Shown here: positions 44,788 to 53,901 of the stretch, in pieces
How the letters are laid out: each line of letters starts with the position of its first letter
Numbering within the stretch: position 1 is the stretch's first letter
Source of the DNA: a virus
Lineage: Duplodnaviria; Caudoviricetes
Direction: 5' to 3' (one strand)
IMG/VR virus record: IMGVR_UViG_3300025389_001023
Location: 50,542-114,541 of that record
Length of the DNA stretch: 64,000 nt
Notes under the pieces: model-generated
What the model was told of the DNA's origin: nothing
Database searches by the model: none
Seen by the model: only the letters and a program-made list of their open reading frames with translations
Translations under genes and position numbers: made by a program

Positions 44788-47023
44788 TTACTGTTGCTGT
44801 TAATTTTTGTGTTACATTAAATTCAATTGTATCGTTATTCAATACAGCAGTAATGTTGCTGTTTTTAATTTTCTCAAACAATACTTTTTTACTCAATGGT
44901 ACACGAATTAATTCATCAATTTTGCGGGCTAGTGGTCTTGCACCCATCTTTTTATCATATCCCTTGTCTGCCAAATACTCAACAACAGGTTCTGTGAAGT
45001 TTAGTGTGATATTGTGTTTATCCAACAAACTCTTTTTCAACTCATCGGTAAACTTAATAACAATTTTCTTAATTGCCAACATATCAAGTTTACCAAACTT
45101 ACACACTAAATCAAGACGATTTCTAAATTCTGGCTTAAAGAATTCTTTCAATGCTTTATCATCTTCACCTTGTTTTTCTTGACTACCAAAACCAATATTA
45201 TTACGCTCACTATCAGTACTACCCAAATTACTTGTTAAAATAATAATGCAGTTTTTGCAATTGACTTCTTTACCATTGCTACCTGTAATGCGTCCTTCAT
45301 CTAACATTTGTAAAAAGATGTTAAAGATATCAGGGTGTGCCTTTTCAACTTCATCAAACAATAACACAGCATGTGGGTTCTTGCTTAAGTCATTAATCAA
45401 ACGTCCACCTGATACTTGACTATCACCAAAACCAACATAGCCTGGGGGAGGTCCAATTAAACTGCTAACACTATGCTTCTCACCATACTCACTCATGTCG
45501 TATTTGAGAAGTTTCATGTCGAGATTTTTACTTAACAACTTAGCCAACTCAGTTTTACCTGTACCAGTTGGTCCCAAGAACAAGAAACTACCTGTTGGTT
45601 TATTTTCATTACCAATACCTGCAAAGTTAACATACACACGTTCTAGTACTTTTTCTACTACATCGTCTTGTCCATACAACTTGCTCTTGACATTGATTTC
45701 TAAGTTGTTAATCAACTCATGATTATCACCCTTCATCTTGTCTGCAGGTACTCCTGTGAATCGTTCAACTTGGTCAAAAATTAATTCTTTAGTAATTTCC
45801 GCGCCTTTGTTCCCATCAACACGTTGTCTTGCACAAGCCGCATCCAATAAGTCAATACTCTTGTCAGGATTTTTACGGTCGTGAATATAACGTCCTGCAC
45901 TTTCCACACTTGCTTTAATGGCTTCGTCTGTAATCACAACATCATGAAATTCATTTAAACGACTGCTTAATCCATTTAAAATGCGAATTGTAGTATCGTT
46001 ACTTGGCTCATCAACACTTACACGATAGAATCTACGCATTAACGCACGATCCTTCTCAAAACTTTCGTAATATTCTTCCCATGTGGTACTTGCAATAACT
46101 TTTAGTGTACCTTTAGTAATTGCAGGCTTAATCATGTTACTAAAGTCAACACTACCATTGTTTGCACCACCTGTACCTTGCATAGTATGTGCTTCATCAA
46201 TAAACAAAATAGTCTTTTTCTTTGTGTTCAATGCTTCCAACACAGCCTTGACTTTTTCTTCAAAGTCGCCGCGGTACTTACTGCCTGCAAGTAAACTACC
46301 AATTTCTAACGAATAGACTTCATGGTCTACTAGAAACTCCGGGCAATCGCCTTCATGTATCAATGTAGCAAGACCTTCAGCAATGGCAGTTTTACCTACA
46401 CCTGGATCACCCACCATTAATACATTACTCTTAAATCGTTTTGCTAACACATTAAGAATTTCATCTAATTCTTTAGCACGACCGATCAATGGCTCTAGTT
46501 TTTCTTCTCTTGCTAGTTGTGACAAATTGATAGTGTATTCTTCAAGGATTTCATCAGCTTGGCTTTCGCTGAGTACTTGATTACTATCACTACCTTTGTA
46601 ATGTTTTTGCCAGTACGCAACAAATTCGTTTTTACTTATACCATATTTCAATAAGAAATACTGTGCATGACTATTGCCTTCAGAACAAATACTTAAATAT
46701 AAATCAATTGTTGTTACATGTCTACGACCGGTGAATAACACTTGAGTTACACTACGATTCATTACACGTTCTAAACTGCTAGTTTTACGTGGAACTACTT
46801 CGGCTTCTTTACTTACAATAGCATGTAAACTATCAATATAAGCAGTAACCTCTTGATTCATTAAATCATGGTCTACACCGAAACCAATCAAACATTTTTT
46901 AAATGCATTGTGATTGATTAAAGCCAACAATAAATGTTCTACTGTGACATATTGGTGTTTACGTTCATGTGCAAATCCAATTGCATGTTCAATGATGTTT
47001 TCAATTTCTGGTGAATGTGTCAT
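44759..47023 (-). CDS. clpA: ATP-dependent Clp protease ATP-binding subunit ClpA
   Basis: Clp-N domain, two AAA+ modules (GDPGVGKT, GPTGTGKT), IGF loop, no ClpB M-domain. Confidence 0.93.
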   Translation of the reverse strand: MTHSPEIENIIEHAIGFAHERKHQYVTVEHLLLALINHNAFKKCLIGFGVDHDLMNQEVTAYIDSLHAIVSKEAEVVPRKTSSLERVMNRSVTQVLFTGRRHVTTIDLYLSICSEGNSHAQYFLLKYGISKNEFVAYWQKHYKGSDSNQVLSESQADEILEEYTINLSQLAREEKLEPLIGRAKELDEILNVLAKRFKSNVLMVGDPGVGKTAIAEGLATLIHEGDCPEFLVDHEVYSLEIGSLLAGSKYRGDFEEKVKAVLEALNTKKKTILFIDEAHTMQGTGGANNGSVDFSNMIKPAITKGTLKVIASTTWEEYYESFEKDRALMRRFYRVSVDEPSNDTTIRILNGLSSRLNEFHDVVITDEAIKASVESAGRYIHDRKNPDKSIDLLDAACARQRVDGNKGAEITKELIFDQVERFTGVPADKMKGDNHELINNLEINVKSKLYGQDDVVEKVLERVYVNFAGIGNENKPTGSFLFLGPTGTGKTELAKLLSKNLDMKLLKYDMSEYGEKHSVSSLIGPPPGYVGFGDSQVSGGRLINDLSKNPHAVLLFDEVEKAHPDIFNIFLQMLDEGRITGSNGKEVNCKNCIIILTSNLGSTDSERNNIGFGSQEKQGEDDKALKEFFKPEFRNRLDLVCKFGKLDMLAIKKIVIKFTDELKKSLLDKHNITLNFTEPVVEYLADKGYDKKMGARPLARKIDELIRVPLSKKVLFEKIKNSNITAVLNNDTIEFNVTQKLTATVNDDGIIEVN

Positions 47024-47829
47024 TATTTTATTTTCTCTTTCGCTTGTAAAATGCTGTTAACAATTTGTTCATCTATTGTATCAGGTACAAAGGGTTTCAG
47101 CAATATTATTTGGTCGCCATATAAAGGTGTATTCATTATAGGCATACCTTCTCCCGCTATTTTTAATTGTTTATACGGTTGTGTTTTGGGTGGTACTGTA
47201 ACTTCTAGTGTTTTACCCGATATAGTGGTAAATTCAAAACTACCACCTGTTATTAAATCTAGTATTGAAATAGGCTGGTTGCATACTAAATCATGTAATT
47301 GTCTTTCAAATTTAAGATTTGGTTGAATTCTAAATTCAACTAACAAACTGGCATTTTGTATAATGTTGTCTAAACGTATTTGTCCGCCATCAACAATACC
47401 TTTTGGTATTTGTATTTGTGCTAATTGTAAACCATTGTTTGTTTGTAAACGCACATTACAACTTTCACCGTGATATACTTGTTCAAGTGTTACACCAATA
47501 TTGGTTCTAAACATTGGTTGATGATTTTGTGGTTGCCTTCTTTGTTGCCCAAACATTTGGCTGAATATATCTTCAAAACCAGGGGGCATACCTGTTTGAT
47601 GAAACTGAAACCCACCTGGGAATCCATTGAACCCTTGCGGTTGCGGATTGTCGTATTGTTGACGTTTGGCTGGATCGCTTAGTGTGTCGTAAGCAGTTTG
47701 AATATCTTGGAACTTGCTGGTATCACCACCCTTGTCAGGGTGATGTTGACTTGCTAGTTTTCTGTAAGCCTTTTTAATTTCTTCTGGGCTTGATGATTTG
47801 TTGACACCTAAAGTTGCGTAATGATCCAT
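47023..47829 (-). CDS. DnaJ/CbpA-type co-chaperone
   Basis: J-domain with HPD, G/F-rich region, C-terminal domain, no Zn finger. Confidence 0.92.
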   Translation of the reverse strand: MDHYATLGVNKSSSPEEIKKAYRKLASQHHPDKGGDTSKFQDIQTAYDTLSDPAKRQQYDNPQPQGFNGFPGGFQFHQTGMPPGFEDIFSQMFGQQRRQPQNHQPMFRTNIGVTLEQVYHGESCNVRLQTNNGLQLAQIQIPKGIVDGGQIRLDNIIQNASLLVEFRIQPNLKFERQLHDLVCNQPISILDLITGGSFEFTTISGKTLEVTVPPKTQPYKQLKIAGEGMPIMNTPLYGDQIILLKPFVPDTIDEQIVNSILQAKEKIK

Positions 47830-47835
47830 AAATTA

Positions 47836-47870
47836 ATTGTAACACAATATATTAGTGCTGTCAATATTTA
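47836..47870 (-). promoter_or_regulatory. sigma70 promoter with an adjacent late box for dnaJ-clpA
   Basis: TTGACA-17 nt-TACAAT (47836-47864); TAAATA at 47865-47870. Confidence 0.7.
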
Positions 47871-48620
47871 TTAGTTGGCTCCCGCTACCTTTTCTTTTGT
47901 TCTACCATAAGCCGCGATACCAAGAACAGCACCCATAGAGATATGGAATAAACCAGCACCCTGTAGTGTTACTGGTTGCCATTGACTTGTAACTTGTCCA
48001 TGACTATATGCTTGTAATAAGCTCCATAGAATTGGGAATACAACAAAGTCCATTGTACATACTAACATGTACATCCAACCCATAACAGGGCGCCATTTTT
48101 TGTTAATCCAATCTTCATTGGTATTTTTAACCAATGACTCTCCATCAACTGCGGCATTAGTACCAGCACCAGTTAATACAGGCTGATTACCAACGCTCAT
48201 GTTCATGTTGCTTGTGCCGACTGATCCCATGTTGTTGGTTGTTGAGCCGAAGCCGCTAGATGAGCCTCCAAAGCCGCTTCCGCTAGACCCAAACGTTGAC
48301 GCTCCAAAGTTTGAACTTCCTGTAGAGCCCGTTGATGTTGAGGTTGAACTTGTGGAACCAAAACCCCCTGTTGATGATCCGAATCCTGTTGACGTAGAGC
48401 CAAATGCTGTTGCCCCTGACGAAAATCCTGTTGTTGCTGTTGTTGCTGAGCCATTTGTTGTTGAACTCCCTGTTGCCACCACTGGTGGGTTTGAACTTGC
48501 GTATGTTGACCCTGGTGTAACTGCTGATACAGTGGGATCACTTGCTAGTGCATCGTGGTGATCGTCATCAGTTGTTACTAATTTTTCCGTTGTTGCTTTC
48601 TGTGCTAATATAGTTGCCAT
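47871..48620 (-). CDS. GTA-type holin-like membrane protein with a long low-complexity N-terminus
   Basis: W...WRP.MGW, TM helices and LG...YGRT.EK motifs. Confidence 0.65.
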   Translation of the reverse strand: MATILAQKATTEKLVTTDDDHHDALASDPTVSAVTPGSTYASSNPPVVATGSSTTNGSATTATTGFSSGATAFGSTSTGFGSSTGGFGSTSSTSTSTGSTGSSNFGASTFGSSGSGFGGSSSGFGSTTNNMGSVGTSNMNMSVGNQPVLTGAGTNAAVDGESLVKNTNEDWINKKWRPVMGWMYMLVCTMDFVVFPILWSLLQAYSHGQVTSQWQPVTLQGAGLFHISMGAVLGIAAYGRTKEKVAGAN

Positions 48621-48621
48621 T

Positions 48622-49164
48622 TTATAATCCTGCCATTGAAATATAATTTTTTAATTCATTATCTGGTGTACCATACAGTTTAACTGTGTCGATACCAGAA
48701 CGCTTACGCATCTCATTTAATTCACTTTCCTCTTTAATACGATACTCATGTGGACTTGTTGTTATAACTTGTCTTAATACTTCTACTTCAGGTTCGTATT
48801 CTTCTTCGTCTACTTCTATTGTCCAATCTTTAAGTGGTAAATCTGTAAGTGTTTCTAAGTCTTCAATTAATTCTATAATACGTTCTGGTACTGCAATTCT
48901 ACGTTTCATTTCAACAAACACCAAATACTTACCAGGGCGTAATTCACCATCGCTAACTGAACAATCTAATATCCAATCATACCCACGTTCAAACCAATCA
49001 ACTAAATCATCGCCAGCTGCCTTGCTATTAACTAAGAATGCCAATGTAACGATATCACTATCTTTACCCATTTTTGCTTTATACTCATCTACTGATACAA
49101 CAGGATTAACTTGCCCCACCATGTCTAAATAATCCAATCCTTCAACAATAATACGTTTGTTCAT
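48622..49164 (-). CDS. hypothetical phage protein
   Basis: 180 aa; IVEG and LNEM motifs. Confidence 0.7.
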   Translation of the reverse strand: MNKRIIVEGLDYLDMVGQVNPVVSVDEYKAKMGKDSDIVTLAFLVNSKAAGDDLVDWFERGYDWILDCSVSDGELRPGKYLVFVEMKRRIAVPERIIELIEDLETLTDLPLKDWTIEVDEEEYEPEVEVLRQVITTSPHEYRIKEESELNEMRKRSGIDTVKLYGTPDNELKNYISMAGL

Positions 49165-49165
49165 G

Positions 49166-49771
49166 TTATGCCCCTTGAATAGATTGGTCAGTATTTACCT
49201 GTGCACCGGTTGTGTCAGGCTGAGTACCTTCATTTTGTTCTTCTTGTTCACCTGTTTTATCTAAGTCTTGGTCGTATGCATTATCCAAATCTTCCAAGTC
49301 AATTGTTTGTCCTGCTAAGTCAACAGAACCTTCTTTAATATCGTCTAACAAGTCTTTTGGTATTTCAATATACACAAACCAAACACTACGTTCTTCCATT
49401 TTAGGATAACGTGTACCAGGTACATAATCTTCGTAGTTTTTAACTTCCATTGGAACTTTGATTTTAGATTTAGCAAATTTAACTTTGCATCCAACGTTTG
49501 TTAATCTACGTCCACCTTTTGGATTTGGCATTAAGTCATGTGGCCACATGAATACGCAACTAACTGAATATCTACGTACATCAGGGCCTTGAACTAATTC
49601 ACCTAAATCCCAATTTCTATAGGCGTATAGGTCTGATTCATCTAATACCCTTTCAAAGTCTAATAGGGTATTCATTGAACCGTCACTTGTAAAAATGCCT
49701 TTTACCGTATCAACGATACTGACAAAGTTTACGTTATCAAAAAATTTATCTGCGGTGCTAGTGTGTTTCAT
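49166..49771 (-). CDS. hypothetical phage protein (late)
   Basis: 201 aa; TAAATA box at 49777-49782. Confidence 0.7.
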   Translation of the reverse strand: MKHTSTADKFFDNVNFVSIVDTVKGIFTSDGSMNTLLDFERVLDESDLYAYRNWDLGELVQGPDVRRYSVSCVFMWPHDLMPNPKGGRRLTNVGCKVKFAKSKIKVPMEVKNYEDYVPGTRYPKMEERSVWFVYIEIPKDLLDDIKEGSVDLAGQTIDLEDLDNAYDQDLDKTGEQEEQNEGTQPDTTGAQVNTDQSIQGA

Positions 49772-49949
49772 TAATATATTTATCTTTATTGATATATTAG
49801 TAGCATTAAAAACGTTTTGGTATTTTAAAGCAGAGCCTAATATTTAGTCTAAAACTTTGTGTTAAAAGTACACTACATTACGCGGTCCTTAATACGTTAA
49901 GTATTATTGAGTATTATGAGGACTCATGCTCTTACAAAGGAGACATACT

Positions 49950-50735
49950 TTGAGCAAAAGAAAAACAAGTGCATTACGCACACAGCAAGATCCAAGATTC
50001 TCATACGGTAAAAAAGATAAAGAACAGACATTTTACATGAAAGAATCAAAAACCATAGATTTCTCCCAAGCGCAAAGAACATTGAAGGTCAACTCAAAAC
50101 CTATTCAATTAGTTCCTAAATCTTTAAATCAAGAGAAATACATCATAGCGTTACTTGATGAATCAACTGATATCGTAGTTGTTTCAGGTCCAGCTGGTAC
50201 AGGTAAAACATACCTAGCCATGCAAGCCGCAATCAAAGCAATGCGTGATGGTACATGTGATAGAATCATACTAACACGTCCTGCAGTGGGCGTTGACGAT
50301 GAAAAACACGGTTTTCTTCCAGGTGATATAAACCAAAAAATGGAACCCTGGACAAGACCTCTATTAGATGTATTACGTGAATACTATACAGCAAAGGAAA
50401 TTGCCCACATGTTAGAAGAACAGATAGTGGAGATAGCACCTCTAGCATTTTGTCGAGGCAGAAATTTCAAAAATAGCTGGATAGTTTTAGATGAGGCACA
50501 AAACGCAACTCCTGGTCAACTCAAAATGATTATGACTAGAATCGGAGTCAACAGTAAGATTGTAATTACCGGTGACATTGAACAAACCGATAGAAAAACA
50601 GCCGACAATGGGCTACTAGACTTACAAAATCGATTGAGGAAGGGGGTGATTCCAGGGTTGCAGTTATGCCACTTTGAACTTAAAGATGTTCAAAGACATA
50701 AAATCATTGAACATGTCTTAAAAATGTACGCATAA
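49950..50735 (+). CDS. phoH: PhoH-like ATPase (probable TTG start at 49950)
   Basis: GPAGTGKT, GFLPG, RGR, DEAQN and GD..Q.D motifs; AAGGAG RBS before the TTG. Confidence 0.93.
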   Translation: MSKRKTSALRTQQDPRFSYGKKDKEQTFYMKESKTIDFSQAQRTLKVNSKPIQLVPKSLNQEKYIIALLDESTDIVVVSGPAGTGKTYLAMQAAIKAMRDGTCDRIILTRPAVGVDDEKHGFLPGDINQKMEPWTRPLLDVLREYYTAKEIAHMLEEQIVEIAPLAFCRGRNFKNSWIVLDEAQNATPGQLKMIMTRIGVNSKIVITGDIEQTDRKTADNGLLDLQNRLRKGVIPGLQLCHFELKDVQRHKIIEHVLKMYA

Positions 50736-50754
50736 TTAAGTTATGCACGGGGAT

Positions 50755-50782
50755 AAAGAGGTGCTCATAACACCTCTTTTTT
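50755..50782. terminator. bidirectional terminator between convergent genes
   Basis: AAAGAGGTG-CTCATAA-CACCTCTTTTTT. Confidence 0.75.
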
Positions 50783-51050
50783 ATTTCTTTTCTCTAAGTG
50801 CTTCTGTATTTGAATTTTCTAGTTGACTAATTAAGTTAGGATAAACTTTTCCATAATATTCATTCATTTTATCCCATGTTGTTTCATGTGTTTTACCTTC
50901 AATCACACATTTATCAACTTTGCGTTTAGAATAATCCATAATGACATTGCATGATTGAATGTCTGATTGTTTTATACGTTTACTAATAGTAACTAATTCA
51001 TCAATCTGTCCGTTAGGTTTACGAACATATGTAATTAATAGGTATCTCAA
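50781..51050 (-). CDS. hypothetical protein
   Basis: 89 aa; coupled to the clamp loader gene. Confidence 0.7.
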   Translation of the reverse strand: MRYLLITYVRKPNGQIDELVTISKRIKQSDIQSCNVIMDYSKRKVDKCVIEGKTHETTWDKMNEYYGKVYPNLISQLENSNTEALREKK

Positions 51051-51973
51051 TTTGTTAACTCCACTAAAGTTGCCGCTAGACTGATTTCAGGAATGCCTAC
51101 TAAAGGCAATTGTGCAAGACCATTGCGAATAAAGATAATACTTGCATCACGTTTTTCTTGACCAGTTCCCCACAAGTCTAAGTTATCATACATCCATTTG
51201 TAACAGTCTTCGATGCGTGTTGGATACAATGCAATATACTGCATTAATTGTTGTCTTCCCTCTAGTATCTTACCCGATTTAAACAGATTAGTAGCCTCAA
51301 GCAAAATCTCATCTTCTCCGTTACCTTCACTTACCGGGGGCAACAATTTACCTGTACTACTATTAACTTGTAATGTGTTCAAACATTTACGCAAGTCAGG
51401 ATAACTAACACGTACATAACTGTCCAATGTGTCTAAATCAAAATCAATATTTTCTGTTACCAATACTGTTGCCGCACGTGCTGTAAATTCTGTTTTATCA
51501 GGCTTTGCAATATGAAACTTGTGACAACGGCTTTCACGTAGTGCAGGAATAATCTTGTGTTCATAGTTACAGGTAAGAATAAATCGTACTGTGTCAGCAT
51601 ATGCTTCCATATCGTTACGCAATGCCGCCTGAAACTCTGCTGAAGTGTAATCTGCCTCGTCTAACAAGATAACTTTGAAATTACCAAAAGGCATTGTTTG
51701 TGCAAAGCCATTAATCTTGTCACGTACAATTGCAACGCCGTTTTCACGACTTGCATTGATTTCTAACACATCATAGTCTTGTACACCTAATTCATGAATC
51801 AAAACTTTTGCAAGAGTTGTTTTACCTGTACCGGGGTCACCGCTTAATAGCAAATGCGGAATAGTACCATTTGCGATCCAGCCTTCTACTTGTTGCTTTT
51901 GTCTTTCGTCTACAAACACATAGTCACTAACACTTTGTGGACGATATTTTTCTACCCAGAGTTTATTCTTCAT
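51047..51973 (-). CDS. clamp loader AAA+ subunit (RFC/gp44-like)
   Basis: LWVEKYRP, GDPGTGKT, EINAS, LDEAD and SRC motifs. Confidence 0.93.
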   Translation of the reverse strand: MKNKLWVEKYRPQSVSDYVFVDERQKQQVEGWIANGTIPHLLLSGDPGTGKTTLAKVLIHELGVQDYDVLEINASRENGVAIVRDKINGFAQTMPFGNFKVILLDEADYTSAEFQAALRNDMEAYADTVRFILTCNYEHKIIPALRESRCHKFHIAKPDKTEFTARAATVLVTENIDFDLDTLDSYVRVSYPDLRKCLNTLQVNSSTGKLLPPVSEGNGEDEILLEATNLFKSGKILEGRQQLMQYIALYPTRIEDCYKWMYDNLDLWGTGQEKRDASIIFIRNGLAQLPLVGIPEISLAATLVELTN

Positions 51974-52619
51974 TCGTTATCCCATTAAGTTGTTTAAATT
52001 TTTCATACATTTCTGATACATCTACTTTGTCAAAGTTTAACCATTCACACAATCTATCAAATTCTTGCAGAAATGTGTTTTCTACAAAATGACTTATATC
52101 AAAGTCATACACACCTTCTATTATAGCATTATTTCTATGACCTGCAATAGCCGGCCATGAAACTGTTTTGGGATATTTTCCCGAAGACGGTATCATGTGT
52201 TGTATTGGAGAGCTTTTGATATTACGCATTTTTATAACAACGGGAATATATTTGTCCGGAATGGTAATTTTAATAAACTTAGCGTTTGGAAAAAAGGATT
52301 TTATATTAGCTGTTTGTTTTGGAACTAATAATCTGTGTATATAATACAAGCCAGACTTGACAAAATTTTGGTCAGGTATCCATTGTTCTTGTATAAAACT
52401 TTGTTTGTCGGGTAAATTTACCCATGAGTTAATATCATTTGGGTCGTGTAGTTTGTGCAGATAATGTTCAATGCCATAGTGGCTAGCCCCTACCTCATCA
52501 AAAAAATCACAATCTGTAGTTCTTAAAAATACACTGGGACTTGCTGATAAACATTTGAGCAAGAAAGATCCAAAACTACCTGGAACGTAGTTTATAAAAA
52601 CAATCTTGCTATCATCCAT
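51963..52619 (-). CDS. sulfotransferase-like hypothetical protein
   Basis: KIVFINYVPGSFGSFL and FPNAKFI motifs; paralog of 27583-28263. Confidence 0.5.
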   Translation of the reverse strand: MDDSKIVFINYVPGSFGSFLLKCLSASPSVFLRTTDCDFFDEVGASHYGIEHYLHKLHDPNDINSWVNLPDKQSFIQEQWIPDQNFVKSGLYYIHRLLVPKQTANIKSFFPNAKFIKITIPDKYIPVVIKMRNIKSSPIQHMIPSSGKYPKTVSWPAIAGHRNNAIIEGVYDFDISHFVENTFLQEFDRLCEWLNFDKVDVSEMYEKFKQLNGITNEE

Positions 52620-52993
52620 TAATATACTTTATCACTTAGTGTATCGTCACCAGGTAATTCATCACTAATTAATAATGCATCATTTGGGTCAATTCTACGA
52701 ATAGTTTTTTTACCTTCTTCGTCTTCAATATCAACACCACGTGACCATCTTCCATGACTAACTAGTACCCATTTACCAACTTTGAATTGTTCGTCTTTAT
52801 TTTCTTTACCAATAGCATATATTTTTCCCCAGCGTGGACGAATGCCCGAACTTTTCATATCATCGTTTGGTAGTAAAATTCCACTACTAGTAATACGAAT
52901 ATCAAAACTCATATCGCAGACAATAATGTGACTGCCGATTGGTTTGAAATGTTTTTTCTTAATTTTGTGTGCTTCAAATGCTTTCTTTTTCAC
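52619..52993 (-). CDS. groES: GroES-like co-chaperonin
   Basis: KPIG, TSSGILLP and G.IYAIG...VG..VL motifs. Confidence 0.85.
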   Translation of the reverse strand: MKKKAFEAHKIKKKHFKPIGSHIIVCDMSFDIRITSSGILLPNDDMKSSGIRPRWGKIYAIGKENKDEQFKVGKWVLVSHGRWSRGVDIEDEEGKKTIRRIDPNDALLISDELPGDDTLSDKVY

Positions 52994-53361
52994 TTTTTGC
53001 TATCCTTATCCTTGGCTTTGATTTTTTCAATTTCAATATCATCATCCATTGAATTTTCCAATTCAATTTCTTCTTTTGTTAATTCCTCCATTGAAGGAAT
53101 CTCAACAATAGGTTCTAATTTGTCAGCAACAATTTTAGGATTTTTACGTTGCGTAACTTGTGCTGAACGATTACCTACTGTTTTAGCGTATGCATTTCCA
53201 ACCTTTTCTGTTACGGGTACAATCACTTTACCAAATGCATCAATGGTGTCACCACGTGCATTTAAATTTTTTACATTACCGACTGCTCGTACTTTTTCAT
53301 TTTTAGCACGTAGCGCAGACATATCTACATTTTTACCCATTGCTGTTCTGTATACTGACAT
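52990..53361 (-). CDS. hypothetical protein
   Basis: 123 aa; AGGAG RBS; AVGN..NARGD motif. Confidence 0.7.
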   Translation of the reverse strand: MSVYRTAMGKNVDMSALRAKNEKVRAVGNVKNLNARGDTIDAFGKVIVPVTEKVGNAYAKTVGNRSAQVTQRKNPKIVADKLEPIVEIPSMEELTKEEIELENSMDDDIEIEKIKAKDKDSKK

Positions 53362-53371
53362 AATTTTCTCC

Positions 53372-53866
53372 TTATTTTAGAAATTCATCTATTGACAAAT
53401 CATAGTATAAACTATTTATGCGGTGAATTCCTATCAAAAACAATATAAAACTAGCAACACTACTACCCCTACCAACTCCCCAAACTATATTGTTGGCTCT
53501 CATTGTGTCTACTAGATACTTTAAGTATTTTAATAAAGTAAACATTCCACGGTCTTGAAACAACAATAATTCTTCACCTGCACGTTGTAATTCAGTTTCA
53601 TTAGCACATTGGTCTAAAATCCATTTAGCAATATCCATATCTAGATATTCTTTAGGTAGATACCACATGTTTTGTTGTAATTCATCAAATTCTTCAACTG
53701 ATAGTTTTGGATCAACATATTCAAATAAATCAATGTTTATGTCTTCATTTAATTTAATTTTAGTATCAGTATATGCAGTTTTTATCACACGATTAGGATC
53801 ACACAAATACAATTCGCATAAATCGTTTTCGTTTAAAATTATTTGACCGTATATGTCAGTACGCAT
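53372..53866 (-). CDS. stand-alone fragment of DNA polymerase III alpha (DnaE GRGS region)
   Basis: R..EEL...Y...D......I.WGVGRGSSVAS...FLIGI..I....YDL....FL. Confidence 0.75.
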   Translation of the reverse strand: MRTDIYGQIILNENDLCELYLCDPNRVIKTAYTDTKIKLNEDINIDLFEYVDPKLSVEEFDELQQNMWYLPKEYLDMDIAKWILDQCANETELQRAGEELLLFQDRGMFTLLKYLKYLVDTMRANNIVWGVGRGSSVASFILFLIGIHRINSLYYDLSIDEFLK

Positions 53867-53872
53867 GTGTCA

Positions 53873-53901
53873 ATGATACTACATTTTATTAAAGAAATCA
53901 A
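53873..53901 (-). promoter_or_regulatory. sigma70-type promoter
   Basis: TTGATT-17 nt-TATCAT. Confidence 0.5.
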
